In this document: positions 24,662 to 38,396 of the stretch, in pieces | Numbering within the stretch: the first letter of the stretch is position 1 | Layout of the letters: each line of letters starts with the position of its first letter | From: Haliotis cracherodii | Lineage: Eukaryota | Assembly: GCF_022045235.1 (NCBI RefSeq) | Contig: NW_027266341.1 | Location: 58,838,001 to 58,902,000 of the forward strand | DNA: 64,000 nucleotides | Reading direction: 5' to 3' | Notes under the pieces: generated by a model | Told to the model about the DNA's origin: nothing | The model's input: the letters and a program-made list of their open reading frames with translations, nothing else | Database searches by the model: none | Made by a program: the position numbers and the translations under genes

Positions 24662-25658
24662 CAGTAAACATTGAAAAGTAAGGGATAAAATCAAAGTGTT
24701 CTTGTCATCCTAATATCAAAAGGGTAAGGTGAAATCGATCATTGCACTTATATAGCGACATGTATGTGGCTGCTTGTACTAGTCTTAACTACTGCCAGTT
24801 ATATCCTGCTATCCAACTGAATACCAGGCAGGGTAACAACAAGTACCAATTTTAACATCTTTTAATATGATGCGACCAGAGCCCAAAACATAGACCTTCC
24901 ACTCTCCAGGCAGATGCTCTATTCACTAGAACACAGAGGCAGTCACCATGGTCACTTGTATAAGAAATATTTAACCTATCCATATGATACCTTCAGCATC
25001 AATAGTAATCATGTCTGATTATCTTTCATTAAAGAAACGTACAGTTAAACTGTCATTTTGACTATGTTTGCAGCGGTAGAAACTTACAGTTTTAGTCCAC
25101 TAGTATTTTGTAATGATAACATATAGCAAAACCCTTAAAAATGGCAAATTTCTACTAGTCCTCATGATACCTTAACTATTGGGCAGTTTGGCAAGGACTA
25201 CAGGACTAGTGCCAATTTCTACCGCTGTGTTTGTTCTCTTCTGCTTGCTTCAACCAAAACATAACCTTAATGGAATGAAGAATAGCCATTTAAAAAAAAA
25301 ACAGTAACCCCCAAAATTGTGTACATTATACACAAGAAAAAATAGTTGTTCAAAGCAGTTATACATTTAGTAATTGCTTATTATATCATAAATCATAATA
25401 TATATTTTAGTTTTCTTCTGCATATCTGTAACCAAACCATAACCTAAAGGGAAGGACAGCCATTTTTCCAAAACCAGTAACCCCCCAAATTGGTGCACAT
25501 TACACACAAGAAAATATGGTATTAAGCTCAATGCAGTTATACAATTACTCATGGCTTCTTATGTCCTAAATCATTTATTATAATTTTTCTTCTGCATGTA
25601 TCTGTAAAGTAAATAATTAATTTGCTTGGTCAAAAATGAAGTCTTTTCTTAAACCTAC

Positions 25659-25849
25659 TTTGCAGTTATCTGATCATCAGTGAGAGGTGCAAGCCTCACA
25701 GCCTCCTTTCTGCCGGAGATTTCTGCTAATGACCTGAGGGCAACATCATCCAGTTCCTTTTGCAATGTGAGTTCAACACGCCTGTTTGCACCAACTCGAA
25801 ATGAGCCCCGCCCATCAGGCAGGGTTGGGTAGAGGTCTCTTCCAGCCAT
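25659..25849 (-). CDS. TTC6: TTC6-like, first coding exon (MAGRDLYPTLPDGRGSFRVGANRRVELTLQKELDDV...)
   Basis: Acceptor tttttcag just upstream (exon starts 25877), ATG at 25849, donor AA|GTAGGT; phase 2 matches the next exon. Confidence 0.75.
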
Positions 25850-26943
25850 AGCTCACACAAATGGTCCAGGTGAATATCTGAAAAAACATATAATGAAAAC
25901 AGGTTTTACAGTTACACAGGAGTCGGAAGTCAGTTGTTCTATTTTGCTGTGACAAATGACAACTGCTGGTCTTGGGCAGATTTAAACTAATTCACAGCAT
26001 GTTCTTAAACTTTAGGTATTCAGTAAAGTGCCCACTGATCCTTCTTTCGATTTTGCAATATTCTCATTCGAATACCATTTTCAGAAGAAAAACAAATGTT
26101 TTGCATGACAGACATTTATTTGAAAAATACTTTTCGTGGGTACAAGACATTAAGAACATTTTGTGTGAAATTATCAATGATGTCATTGAATAAAATTCAA
26201 CTGAAGAAAGAAAAGAGGTTATAGTTTTGAACTTTCCAGTTTTATGTCCTTACCATGTTACTTCTCAATTTCTAATTGTTAAAAGAGTCAAATAGGCTGA
26301 AATGTCATCAATAATCTAACATGGAATAGTATTTGTATTAAATGACCATTGAGATCAATAAAAGCTTGAATTACCTTCAACCATAATTCATAATAATATT
26401 GATTATTTTATTTGAACATTTCCAATATTTCTTATGTAGTCTTATGTTGATGATTAATTATATAATTTCATCATGTTAATGAATCATGATGTTTTCTACT
26501 TTATCACGACAACATTAAACTAGCCATCCTTTATTCGTAAGGGTCTTTGTAAAATTGTGTCAGTTTAACATTAAATAAAAACAAAATTACGAGCTAAACA
26601 GTTACTTTACGAACCATTAGCTAGCTATGAACTCACATTTTCGGTTTGTGATTGGTGTTAAAACAAGCATGTGTACTAGCATATACATTTCTCGACAGTT
26701 CTTAAAGCATTGGTTTCTTGTGGTGAGCATATAGTTGAATCTAATGTGATAAGGAAAACCTGTGCATGTTAACTAGCGACAAGTTCGAGATTTTCCCATT
26801 CGGTACGGGGTGATTTTACACGTGATGCAAAACACATTTCAACACATATCATGAGTACGGTGATCCATATGGACAAAATATTAAATTGTCAGTGGAAGTA
26901 AACAAGTAGTTACTATGATAATTGGTAAATGTCCTTTTCATAC

Positions 26944-27012
26944 ATCTTAGTCAAGCGTTTCAGCAGCCATATTGTTTACAGGTTGACAAGCACGAACTCA
27001 CGCGAGATTTCC
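26944..27012 (-). promoter_or_regulatory. Probable promoter / non-coding first exon of the TTC6-like gene
   Basis: TCTCGCGTGA (near the TCTCGCGAGA promoter palindrome), X-box-like GTTGACAAGCAC, YY1-like AATATGGCTGC, donor AT|GTATGA at 26943, short uORF MAAETLD. Confidence 0.45.
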
Positions 27013-28287
27013 TGAAACCGAACAGCGATCCTCTTATTTTCTAGACGACTTCTTGTGGAATCTTTTGTTTAAATTAAAAAATATATATATTGTTAGTGAT
27101 AATTATTATTATATACGTTTCTGTCAAAAAATGCCTAATGTGACTGGGCTACCGTCTATTATATGTATGTGGCGCATAGTCTGTCTACGCGCAATTACAG
27201 TGGAACTAGTTTAAATCGAATAACATATTAACCATGAGACAATTTCGGATCCTTTACAATCGTTAAACGAACACGACAGGGGAGATAATTCAAGCAAACA
27301 GGTGCTCGAGAAGCGAAGGTAAAATCAAAACCGTAGCTATTAGAATTAATGTAATGAGCACAATTGCATTTGTTAAGAAAGATATTCTATTCAACTGATG
27401 GAACGGTACTCATGCGTCCATATGTTCATAAGCTCTGTTAACATGAATCTATTTGTTTTATTAAAACAAGAAAATTACCTTTTTCCTGGAACATATTCAC
27501 TTCGACGAAGAAAGTAATTCAGGCAATTTTGAACATACACGTGCATTATAAGCATTTCTGGTTCGCGTTAGAACCCGTATGTTTGGTATTATTGTTTACT
27601 TTAAGGAATAATATGCTGATCAGTCTGAATGACTAGGCTGAAATGAAAACTAACTTTGAGTCTCTCACTATTTTTTATCTTATTTGACAAAAAGATAATG
27701 GATTGGATCAGTCATTGTTGAAATGTTAAGTGAATTATAGATTTGTATTAGTTGTACAATTTTATTTTGTCAAATCAAAGAGAGAGTGATGGTCAAAAAT
27801 TATTTAAACCAATTTTTATTGGTACCATATGCATATTATTTTCGTGGTAAAAATTACAGAAAGAGTTGACACTGAAGTGAATATTTCAAATTGTGTCGGA
27901 TACATGGGTCACCTACGAGACTCAAAGTAACATTCTATTTCACAATACAAGCTCAGACATAACGGTGTCCATGTTAAATTAACTAAATTTTTGATGAGAG
28001 AACAGGAGAAACGTTTAGGACCCCACGAAACTGTAAAGGGCTATTTTCTTTCCAGCACGGATAAACTGGTTCCACTGTTGGTTTGCGTAGCAGGCTTGGC
28101 GCTGTTTTACTTGTTTAGGTTATATAGTACAGTCTATGTGTGAAATTTTCACTTAGACAGTTTATCAAACGACTGTATATTTCAGTCATTTTACAAATAT
28201 GTTTCCATTTATTTTATCATGATAATGAATTCCAACCTTGTGTTTGCTTAGTTACATCACCCAGCGGCTGAAAACGAAAGGGTTACA

Positions 28288-28549
28288 GGTGAGGTGAATG
28301 CATGCACGCGTGTGTGTGTACGTGTGTGTACGTGTGTGTGTGTGTGTGTGTGTGTGTGGCTGCTTGTACTAGTCCGGACTGATGCCGATTTATAGTGCTA
28401 GCACACTGAGATACCATGCCGCAGTTTAACATGAATACCCCACTCAGATACAGTATACTGACTCCGAGCCGACCAGTCCTTGTTTTAACCCTTTAATGCC
28501 GAGCGCCAGACAGGGTAACAACAAGTACCATCTTTTAACGTCTTTTGGT
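28288..28549 (-). mobile_element. 5'-truncated SINE family A with 12-bp TSD
   Basis: gaaagggttaca on both sides. Confidence 0.9.
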
Positions 28550-29302
28550 GAAAGGGTTACAAGAAAACGAAAGTCAATGTACTTTTTTTTCTATTTTCGG
28601 CTTTTAATCTCAGCATAGTTAATCTTTTGTGAAGCTTTGAATCCCTTTTGATCCTCTATATAATTGTATTCAATCTGTAAAATAATGGACAGATATTTCA
28701 GTCAGTTTGTAAAATGACATAAATATTTAGGCATTTTGTAAATTGCTAGTTAATCACATTTTACATATTGCCTGTGTTTTCACATTGTCTGTAACGTAAA
28801 GGCTTGAGCCACGTCAACAACACAGATACAGTTTCCAACTTCTACCCTAATTACGACGACACCTACCAATCATACCATGTAATACGTTATCACCACGCTT
28901 GCGACTCACTGTATCATTAACGGATGGGGAACCTAAACCGATTAACACGTGGTATTGTCAGTTTACCAAACAAAAACTTACAGAATGTTATGCACGGGCT
29001 CATTTTGGCGCGAAACTGTGACGTAATGACGTCATAAGTAGATAATGAGGACATCAAAAGTACAAACTGACCTTGACAAGACATTGATGATGAAAGAAGA
29101 CACAAACTGCAAGCGATAATGAGAAGTCTCATAATTTGTACCCGCTAGTGAGGCTGCGTGAAGATGCTTACATGTTGGATGTGTATCTCAATAGGGTGCT
29201 TCCTCAGCCTTATGTAAATTGAATTAGCTCGTACCTCTTTTAATCTTAGAACCGGCTACGAAAGTATTTGCAGGTGTCTCTGATGATATGTCCAGAAATA
29301 TA

Positions 29303-29678
29303 TACTCGCCGGCAAAAGAAACGCGAATACCATACATGTTGGTTAATATATGAAGACTTACACATATTCAAGAGATATTAGATTAGTTCGATGCACAAAC
29401 GAACATACTGGTATGTTGTGTGAACCGATGCTCATGGACGCATCATATGTGACGTCATAGGTTCATGATTCGAGATGCACCATTTGTCTCGTGCAGGATT
29501 AGCGTGTATAGTTTGGAATTCAGGTGCAGCATATCGTGATAAGAATAAAGACAATATGTGTAAACACTTGACTGATTGTTAGTTTTGTCATTAATGGGTA
29601 CACATTGGAAACATCTCTTCTTAACGTAGATACTCCTCTTTATGTTTCTATGGTTCGCGTTTCTTTTGGCGGTGAGTA
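29303..29678. mobile_element. Tc1/mariner-type MITE
   Basis: TA-TACTCGCCGGCAAAAGAAACGCGAA ... TTCGCGTTTCTTTTGGCGGTGAGTA-TA. Confidence 0.8.
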
Positions 29679-29965
29679 TATATTACAACGACGCTATAGC
29701 ATGGTGGTTTCCTGAATGAATTTCTTTATTTCGCTCAGGGTTGAATCCGAAGATATACATAAGCAAATACATTATCTACATTATTTGAGTATTTACAATG
29801 GAAGCTTGTGATACAATGCCCGTGAATACACAGTTTACAATGTAAGTTTGTCAGCAGTAGAGAGTATTTGCCTCGTGGTTATCCTTAAGATTCTTCTTTA
29901 AATTCCATACCAAGTAGCGGTGCTTCGTACATATTGAATTAACTTGTAGCTCTTTTAACCTTATA

Positions 29966-30128
29966 GGGGCGGTGGGGAACCCAAGTGGTTGAAGCTTTAG
30001 CTCGTCACGGCGAAGACCCGAGTTCGATTCCCTTCACTGGTACAGTGTGTGAAGCCCATTTCTGGTTTTCTTCGCCGTTTTTGCTGGAATGATGCTATAA
30101 GCGGCGTAAAACCATATTCACTCACTCA
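29966..30128 (+). mobile_element. SINE family B with 14-bp TSD
   Basis: cttttaaccttata / cttttaatcttata. Confidence 0.88.
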
Positions 30129-33100
30129 CTTTTAATCTTATAGTCGATGAAGCAGCGACGAAATTATTTTCAGGTGTTTCTGAAAACATGTCCGGAATTG
30201 TATGTTACGATAACACAAGAACATGGAGCCGTTTTGATATTTATAACATAAAGGACAAAGTAGCTGTTCTTATAATCAGGACAATAACATACGAATAAAA
30301 CGTCGGTTCGTAAATAGGGATCACCGAACCCGCGGTTGGTTAAACTTTACAATGTATGTACTTGTCCCTTAACAGCTTAGTGGGGTCCTAAACGTTTCTC
30401 CAGTTTTAAGTTTTTCTCATCATGGGAATAATTAATTAGTTTAACACGAATACATGTGCAATCAATTAATTATTTTAACATTTATATGTAACACAACTGT
30501 ATACACATTATTGCGAGAAAATATTTCAAAGTTAATTTTACACTTTTTTGTTACTTTGGTCCCCGTAGCCGACATCGGCTATTACACGCACTCCGGTCAA
30601 ACGATGCTGGTTCACATGTATCCAACACAATTTGAAATCACTAAATCAGTCACTTGAGTATGAATAGCGAACATAGGTCCGAAAATTACAAGTGTTAGTT
30701 AATTGAAATAGGGGGTTAATATGTAGGCATGAATAATTGACAACAAACAGTCCCTTGGTGAACAAAACATTTTTCGTTTAAAAATCAGTGACGTTACGAG
30801 TGTGTTCACCATTGAACCACACGGGGCAATACATTATCCACAGGAATCGTGTCTCGCAGTAAATGTCAATGGAGCGTTGCCCTTGGGGTATGACGGAGAC
30901 CGGCTCTGTCAGTGCAGATGATTGCGCAATGAGCTCCTAATTGTGATATCGATAGCCGATATCTATCACACCCTGCTGTAGAGCTTGATGTTTAACTCCA
31001 AAACAGGAATATTCCGTTCGCGTTTCCTTTTCCTTTTTTGAAGTAATTTTGAAAGAAGTTATTTCGAAATAACAAATATCTGTATTACGCTAGTCACAAG
31101 TAACACAACATCTACAGCCTACCATTAGATATACATATGCATACATTAGTAGGTTATGCATGAAAAAAATGACTTTATTTTGTAATGATTATAAACAATG
31201 AAATGTAAAAAGCAGTATAAAAAAACCAAGTATTTTCCCATATTGTCGGTTAGCGAAACAAAAGTCCTCATTCGATTTCACTTTGTTTGGTTTCAGTTTG
31301 ATGTTTTGCAGCAAGTTCCTGTGGAGGACATTGTCTCCGTGTTTTGTTTAACCACTGGTGCAGAACCACGCGCATAATTTTGCTTTCGTCCGAACGATGG
31401 ACTCGCCCGAAAAGGGTAAAGTTGAGTTTACGAAATTGTGGAATCGCGGCCTATGAAACGGAACATGAATTTTTCTAAGCGATTTCTTTCTTGCACATCG
31501 AGTTGAATGAAATAGTATAATACGAGAATCATCACTGAACGCAATTCTTTTATATCATACTTTCTACCTTTTCGACATTCTTTAAAACAAATAAATGTCA
31601 GCTATGCATAATTTGTGGGAAAATATTTAACCAACTACATTTTTACCTGCAACTTTTCAACATCTCTGCCTATAGCACTGCGATTATAAATACATTGTAC
31701 ATACGTTTACATACTAGTATATAATTTCGGTGTTCCTAACTTCCCCATTCTCGTGGGTATCGTTTCACGCAGGTTTTTGCAATATTCCAGAAATACCACG
31801 TCGTTGTGTGTTACATATGAACAAGTATAAAAACAAAGAAATCATTATTTCTTAAAAACAATTAATTCGATATTTTGAATGCTGATGCAATAGTGTTAGA
31901 GATTAATAGGGACGCGTGTGCATCTTTGCACTCCCCCTTATCCTTACACGCATGCATCGTCCACGACATAATAACCTTCCTCTCTACGAGTCCGATCTAC
32001 TGAAACAATCTCGCCATTTGAGTAAATAATGGAAAACAATCTTGTAAGAATATGCCTAGCGGCTTGTGACAAAGAAATTGTCTCGTAAGACCTTTATTTT
32101 CCCGCCCCAAACATTTACCGCAAATTGTTTTTGATGTCTCGTCGTCTGTTTAGCCATGACGTAATCTCACGAGAGTACATACCTCGGTGAGGATGTTTAT
32201 AACAGCTTCAACCAGAACGAGGCAGCGTGACCCCAGCAATATGACCTTACGCAACCGATTTTCAGAAACATGGAACGTTTTTAGTAACAACGAACACATC
32301 GCATTAATAGGTTTGAGTTTAATGGTTTTAACATTATCTTCATTTCAAAATGAAAAAAGAACCGCGATCAAACGTTTATATAGATCTAGTGATTCTAAGG
32401 GCTCTTCACTTTCGAACATGATATACATACGCATTTTTATAAAATCGTACCTCGTTATATTTTTGTTGGGGATATACGTGATATACGTGAACCGATTACC
32501 TACAACCATAAATTGTAAATGTTCCGTGGCAGTAGGTATTCAGTGCCGTAGCCAGCCGGATTTTTTTTTATAGAAAACAGTTTTATTTGAATCAAGTTGG
32601 GGACAAGTGATACTTGTACAAATCTTGTGATGGATACCAGTTAGTGTTCGCGCACAAGAAAGTCCACAAGTATTGATGTTTTAAACATTTATCAATATGA
32701 TATCAATAATCGGGCTAAAGAAAGCATACCCTTGAAAATGGGATTTAACCTAAAATTACAAAACGTTATCAATACGTTACTAGGCTGAAAACTGTAAACG
32801 CAGGTCGAAAACACAACTATGATACAGTATCAAAAACGTCACCATCGAAAAACCATCTTTTGTTTGCCTTATATTCAGCCACGATGAACGTTGGTGTATA
32901 ATTTCTTTTGCCGTGAAGTTTATGTATATATTTTCAAAAGACTCAAGATACAAGTATGTGGAAATAAAGAATGGATTGTGTTTAACTGTGTCGAAGTGAT
33001 ACAATTCCCCGTGTATTGTCCAATGTTTTATTGCTTTCGGAAGTTTTCAAAATGGTCGACTCGGTAATAATTGTCTTCTCTTTTCTGATTTAAAAAAAAA

Positions 33101-33849
33101 AGAGATTTAATCTGACACTCAAAGAAAAAGAATCACACTGGAATAATGTGACAATGGTAAATACACACTACAACGTTGTCTAATTACTTTCTCATAAAAT
33201 CAAAATGAAAAACGAATAACTTTTAAAGAAATGTAAAACGTTCTTGTGGTTCACATTGATCTCGTCAACACCTGTCACATAAACTTTCTTCGTGAATACC
33301 GCCAAGGCTGTTACACGCATATCGAAGAATGAATCTAACTGCGCATGCTCGAGACGTGTTGATTTCAACAGAGCCACTGACACGAGTGCTGTTGTCTTTC
33401 TTCATACTTTACTGTGATCCCCTTGAACTTTTGTTACAACCCCGACTGATTTGTTGCGTGCATGCAGCAGGTTGTATTTCACTCCGTCGGCCGGACTTTA
33501 AACAGGAAATAGGGTGTTGTTGAAAATAGAGGATTTTTTCTGGAATCTTGAGTGATGCGCTTTATCTGTGAGTGAGCATGAAGTGAATCACTTACGGCGA
33601 TATTAGGGATTGAATGGAACTCTCACTCAACAAATCACTGACCGATCATTAGTTTAATGCGATTTATATTTGACCCGGATTCATTCAATATGAAGACTGA
33701 TCTGAACCTGTGGGAAATCTAGACTTGCTTCACTTAAGGCCATAGCATTGTACTGAGGACTCGACTGAAGAACAAATAATATGGTTCAGGGACTGTGAGA
33801 CGGGCTAGTATGGGCTTATCTTTTGTCTTATTATTCAAGAATTGGAGAG

Positions 33850-33995
33850 GTAAGGATAAAATATATGGATTAACAACTTTTATTATACAATTAGAAGCGA
33901 CGTTTCGGTGTAGGTTCTAACACCGTTATCAAGCAAGTTTATCCATATATCTTATCCTTACTTAGTACTCCAACTTCTAAATGCCTCAAAGAAGA
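33850..33995 (-). mobile_element. Penelope-like pseudo-LTR relic with minimal hammerhead variant
   Basis: Minus strand TTGATAA-C-GGTGT(tagaacct)ACACC-GAAAC-GTC followed by AATAAA; 21-bp inverted repeat at 33850-33870 / 33941-33961. Confidence 0.65.
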
Positions 33996-35212
33996 AAAAA
34001 TGGAGAAGTGTTGAACAAGTGAGCGTTTCGTTCACGAATGACAATAAAAAATAAAACATGCATATGTTATCTGACATACACAGAAGGTCACAAGGTGCAG
34101 TTAGCGGTTTAACTGTACGCTGTGCATCGGGCTCTGTTAGAATACCGAAACATTCGTAAATGTGCGAGAGAGAAAAAAAATCGTATTAGTCAAAGCAGCG
34201 ACACATTGAATATGAAGCGTCTTTAAAGAATAATTTGAATTGTGATCAAAATGATATTCACTGGTTACTGTGGTATTATTCATACTTTATAGACATTCAC
34301 CATAAGGCCATATTATCACAGGATACATGGCGGTGCGCCGGGAACAAAACACATACACCTTCTTCTCACAGCTAACAGAAAGGTATTGGGGGATCAGAAG
34401 TCAATTTCCGATGTAAATTTCCAATTAACATGTAAATCCTCTCGTTCATATTCCTAAACGTCCTAAGTCAGATAAGCGCCTTAAAATGATTACTGTGGAC
34501 CAGGTCTCGTTAGAAAGCAGTGAGGCTATTTTTCAACAGTATCCATTACTAGTGAAGCTTACATACAAACCAGGTTGGTTTCAGGCAACGAACAAAAGCC
34601 ACAAGCCACTTACCTATATACATGTTATAGGAGACAGGCGGCACGGGGCTGAGGAGACACAAGAGATTTTCAACATAAGTATTGTGAAACTTATTAATCT
34701 TTTTCTCTGTAATGAATACTGCCTACAAGCAGATTTCCTGTCGTAAATATTAATGTAGAGATTGCTTCGCTTCAAGTAGCTGTCTAGGCCATTTTGAGCG
34801 TTTTTGAAATGATGAATCCCATTCCAACCAACAGGATAATTAAAGAAAGGCTTTTCTAAAGAGTCTATTTCCTTGTGTTTGAAACTGAAATACATGCACT
34901 TGAATATTGTTATGTATGCAGGGCAACTCATTCTCTAGAAATATCATGGGAAAAGTGGTTTTCCGATTATTGAATCAAGGTGTTGGAGTATATGATCTGT
35001 TTCATTAACAATGAAGTCAATGCTTATAGGGCTACCGTTTTCTGAAACGGCGGGATTAACAGGTCATGTTTAAGTAACTCTACTGGAATTTCGCTGCAGA
35101 ATCGGGGCCATGGTGTCGGATCTATGTTTGAATTCCCACATGAACAGTATTTATCAAGTATATTCGCGCGAAATTAGAAGAACACCGACTTACGTAGTGG
35201 TTAAGCTTTCAG

Positions 35213-35414
35213 TAGTCTGTCTTACAGACCCTGATACACATATATATCAAATACAGCCCATGCAAGTCTATAATGTTTGGCAAGTCTAGATTACTGGAGT
35301 ATCTGAAAATGAAGAGAGTCTCTGGGCTCCCTTTTATTACATTTCTAATAAGATTATTGAACAACTGTTTTTTTCTGTACTATATGTTCATTTCAGAGAG
35401 TAAATGTTAGTGTA
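35213..35414. mobile_element. ~200-bp AcademH-like non-autonomous element
   Basis: TAGTCT start, perfect 9-bp TSD agctttcag. Confidence 0.8.
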
Positions 35415-35726
35415 AGCTTTCAGTACAGCGTATATTTATTTGCGAGTTATACGAAGCGGACATAAAATGATTGCATGATAGGCATTCACGGTCATGACTG
35501 GATAGTCTCCCTTCCTCCGGGCTTGTTGGAATGGCGTTGACGGATAGCGCCGGATTGCGGTGGATGAACGGACAAGTTCATGCGTGGATCTTAGGGGGTG
35601 CGCCACCACCCATCCACCCACCCAAACCCGATTATCTTTTCTTGACATGAAAATGATTTCCTAGTGAACTGTTGGCTAATTATTACAACGTAGAATAAAT
35701 GTATTCATAAACGGACTTTCTGGAAT

Positions 35727-35897
35727 GTGAGTAAGCGAGTGAGAATTGTTTTACGCCGCTTATTGCAATATTCCAACAATATCACGGCGGGGGACACCAG
35801 AAATGGACCTCACACATTGTACCCATGTTGGGAATCGAACCCAGGTCTTCTGCTTGACGAGCGAACGCTTTAACCACAAGGCTACCCGACCGCCCCC
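35727..35897 (-). mobile_element. SINE family B
   Basis: Full head and tail. Confidence 0.88.
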
Positions 35898-36259
35898 TTT
35901 CTGAAAAGAGCATGTACTCTGTAAACCACCAGTTGTTTTGACGAGTTTTACCACATCTTCAGATGTCAAGCTTTAGATCAGTACAGATTATACAGCCCTT
36001 CGAATTACTATGCGTGGCTAACTCTTACAACCATCTATATCAACTGTCCATCGACACCCTTAACCACGTGGGTCGGTTGGGCAGCCTAGTGATTCGATTC
36101 CCAACATGGGTACAATGTGTGAGGCACATTTCTGGTGCTCCCCGATGTGATGTTGCTGGAATATTGCTAAAAGCGGCGTAATACACAACTTACACACTCA
36201 CTTAACAATGAACTTATATGAACCATATAGTGATCAGTTAATGTACTTCATAACTTAAA

Positions 36260-36581
36260 ATAGTAAAAATCAGCGAATATGAATCTATATGAAACTCCTA
36301 AAATATATAAAACTCTCTGATCCGGTCACATAGATGTAAATACAAAAATATTGTAATGTACGTCATAATATTATATAGTAAAAATCGGTGAATATGAATC
36401 TATATGAAACTCCTAAAATATATAAAACTCTCTGATCCGGTCACATAGATGTAAATACAAAAATATTGTAATGTATGTCATAATATTATATAGTAAAAAT
36501 CAGTGAATATGAATCTATATGAAACTCCTAAAATATATACAACTCTCTGATCCGGTCACATAGATGTAAATACAAAAATAT
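36260..36581. repeat. 115-bp tandem repeat x2.8
   Basis: tagtaaaaatc at 36261, 36376, 36491. Confidence 0.92.
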
Positions 36582-37599
36582 ACTTCTTGCTTAATGACTG
36601 AAAACATATTAAGTTTTTTTGTTTTTTTAATGTGTTTTTTTATTGCAGATTCAACTTTGGATTATGTCGATAATTTAAGGATTATAGCCCTCATTATGGA
36701 ATTAACTCCCTCATTACGTTGTTTTGGTATCAAAACATATTCTAAAAATATTGACGAACTGTTTATTTACCTGCTGTCAACACCGACACCGATTTGTTGT
36801 ACCAAGTAGTATGATTTGGTTAATTGAGTTGAAACGATGAAAGGGGTGTTAAAATGTGTTAGTCCTGGACTGTCTCAATTACCGACGCTCTTCTACATGT
36901 CGTTCGTATGTTTAAGGTCAAATTATCACAATTATAACACACCCTCTTTCAAATCATCACACATTTAAGTCATAGGATACAATACGATAAAATACATACA
37001 GTGGCATTTTGGTGAGGTAGACAATAGACTTTAATCACAGCCTGTGGCCAGGTGCTTTCGTCAGGGGATGTCTAGAATCTCGAATTTCACTTCACCTGTC
37101 TAATTGGTGTACACACCTGACGAGGATGACACTGGCTATTTATTACCGGCGGGCCGATACTGGACGGGTAAACAGTCGATTGTCTCAGCGTACTATTTGT
37201 TTATGACTGATTGTACGATTGGGCCGAATTGATCTGTAATTGTTTAGATTGTCAAACGAATGATCTATCAAATTTTCTTTGAATGATACCCATTTAATAT
37301 CTGCTACCCTCTTTTGTGAATATTTGGTTTAAAGTTTCCCGGATAGTTTGTAAACGATAACAAAAATAAAGTGTTAAGATTACGAATGTGTTGTTGTTAT
37401 TGTCGGTACGTGAATTTCGAATATTTCAAGTCACACGCGTGTTTTGGATTCTGATACGTGTATTAATACTAAAACAAAAATATGTCCGATATTCAATATC
37501 TGTACACCACCGAATTATGCAGTACGGTTAGTTGTGATTTTCTAATCTAGGCTCCATTACGTTTTATTTGTATGAGGATATACGTGTCCGCTTTCCTGT

Positions 37600-37753
37600 C
37601 CAGACGATCGGTGGTTCGATCCCCGGCGGCGTCATACCAAAAGATGGTACTTGTTGTTACCCTGTCTGGCGCTCGCCATTAAGCTGATAAAACAAGGAAT
37701 GGTCACAATACTGTCTGAATTGGGCATCCATTGTAACTGCGAAATATCACTAT

Positions 37754-37832
<79 letters not shown>

Positions 37833-37858
37833 GACGCTCAACTCTATTTCACCTCACC
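37600..37858 (+). mobile_element. Degenerate SINE family A with long (CA)n
   Basis: B box and core fragments; (CA)n at 37757-37830. Confidence 0.7.
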
Positions 37859-38396
37859 CTATCCTGTCAATCCGCTTTCCTCTATAGCCTTTGTACCCTT
37901 ATCACATTTACAGCTGGAAATAAGTTTAAAATCACTCCACTTATTTGCCATATATTCCTAACGACCGTGTGCATCTTTTGGACGTATCTTCATATAACAT
38001 TCATCTCATTTTGATTTATGTCGAAGATATGATCGCTAGCCCCTGGGCAGTACAGGTACGGCGTTGTACAAGGCCTACAGGTTACCACAAGGCCGTGGTC
38101 AGATAGGATGCGAAGATGCAGAGGAAGAAAATAAAGGCTGACCAAATAACTGTTACTGTGGGATAGTTAATAAACATGTAATTAGATCATCCATTTCGGT
38201 TCTGTATTTCTCTATGAGTATGTCTCTTTGTAAATAAGCACAGGAAAATAAATACAGGATACGATTTGAAAATGAATGAAAGATATGGAAATAAATAGTA
38301 GGAGGTGCTTCTTTTCTTTTAAGGTGTATAGTATGCCACACGTGCATATGATGCAGCATGATGCAGGTGCATCTTCCCATTTCAACCTGAAGAGTC

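Noticed and set aside
31310-31417. Possible + strand exon (ttgcag...GG|GTAAAG)
   Set aside because: Isolated, with no partner exons that I can support
33690-33850. Segment similar to 45430-45570
   Set aside because: Probably an old dispersed repeat fragment with undefined ends
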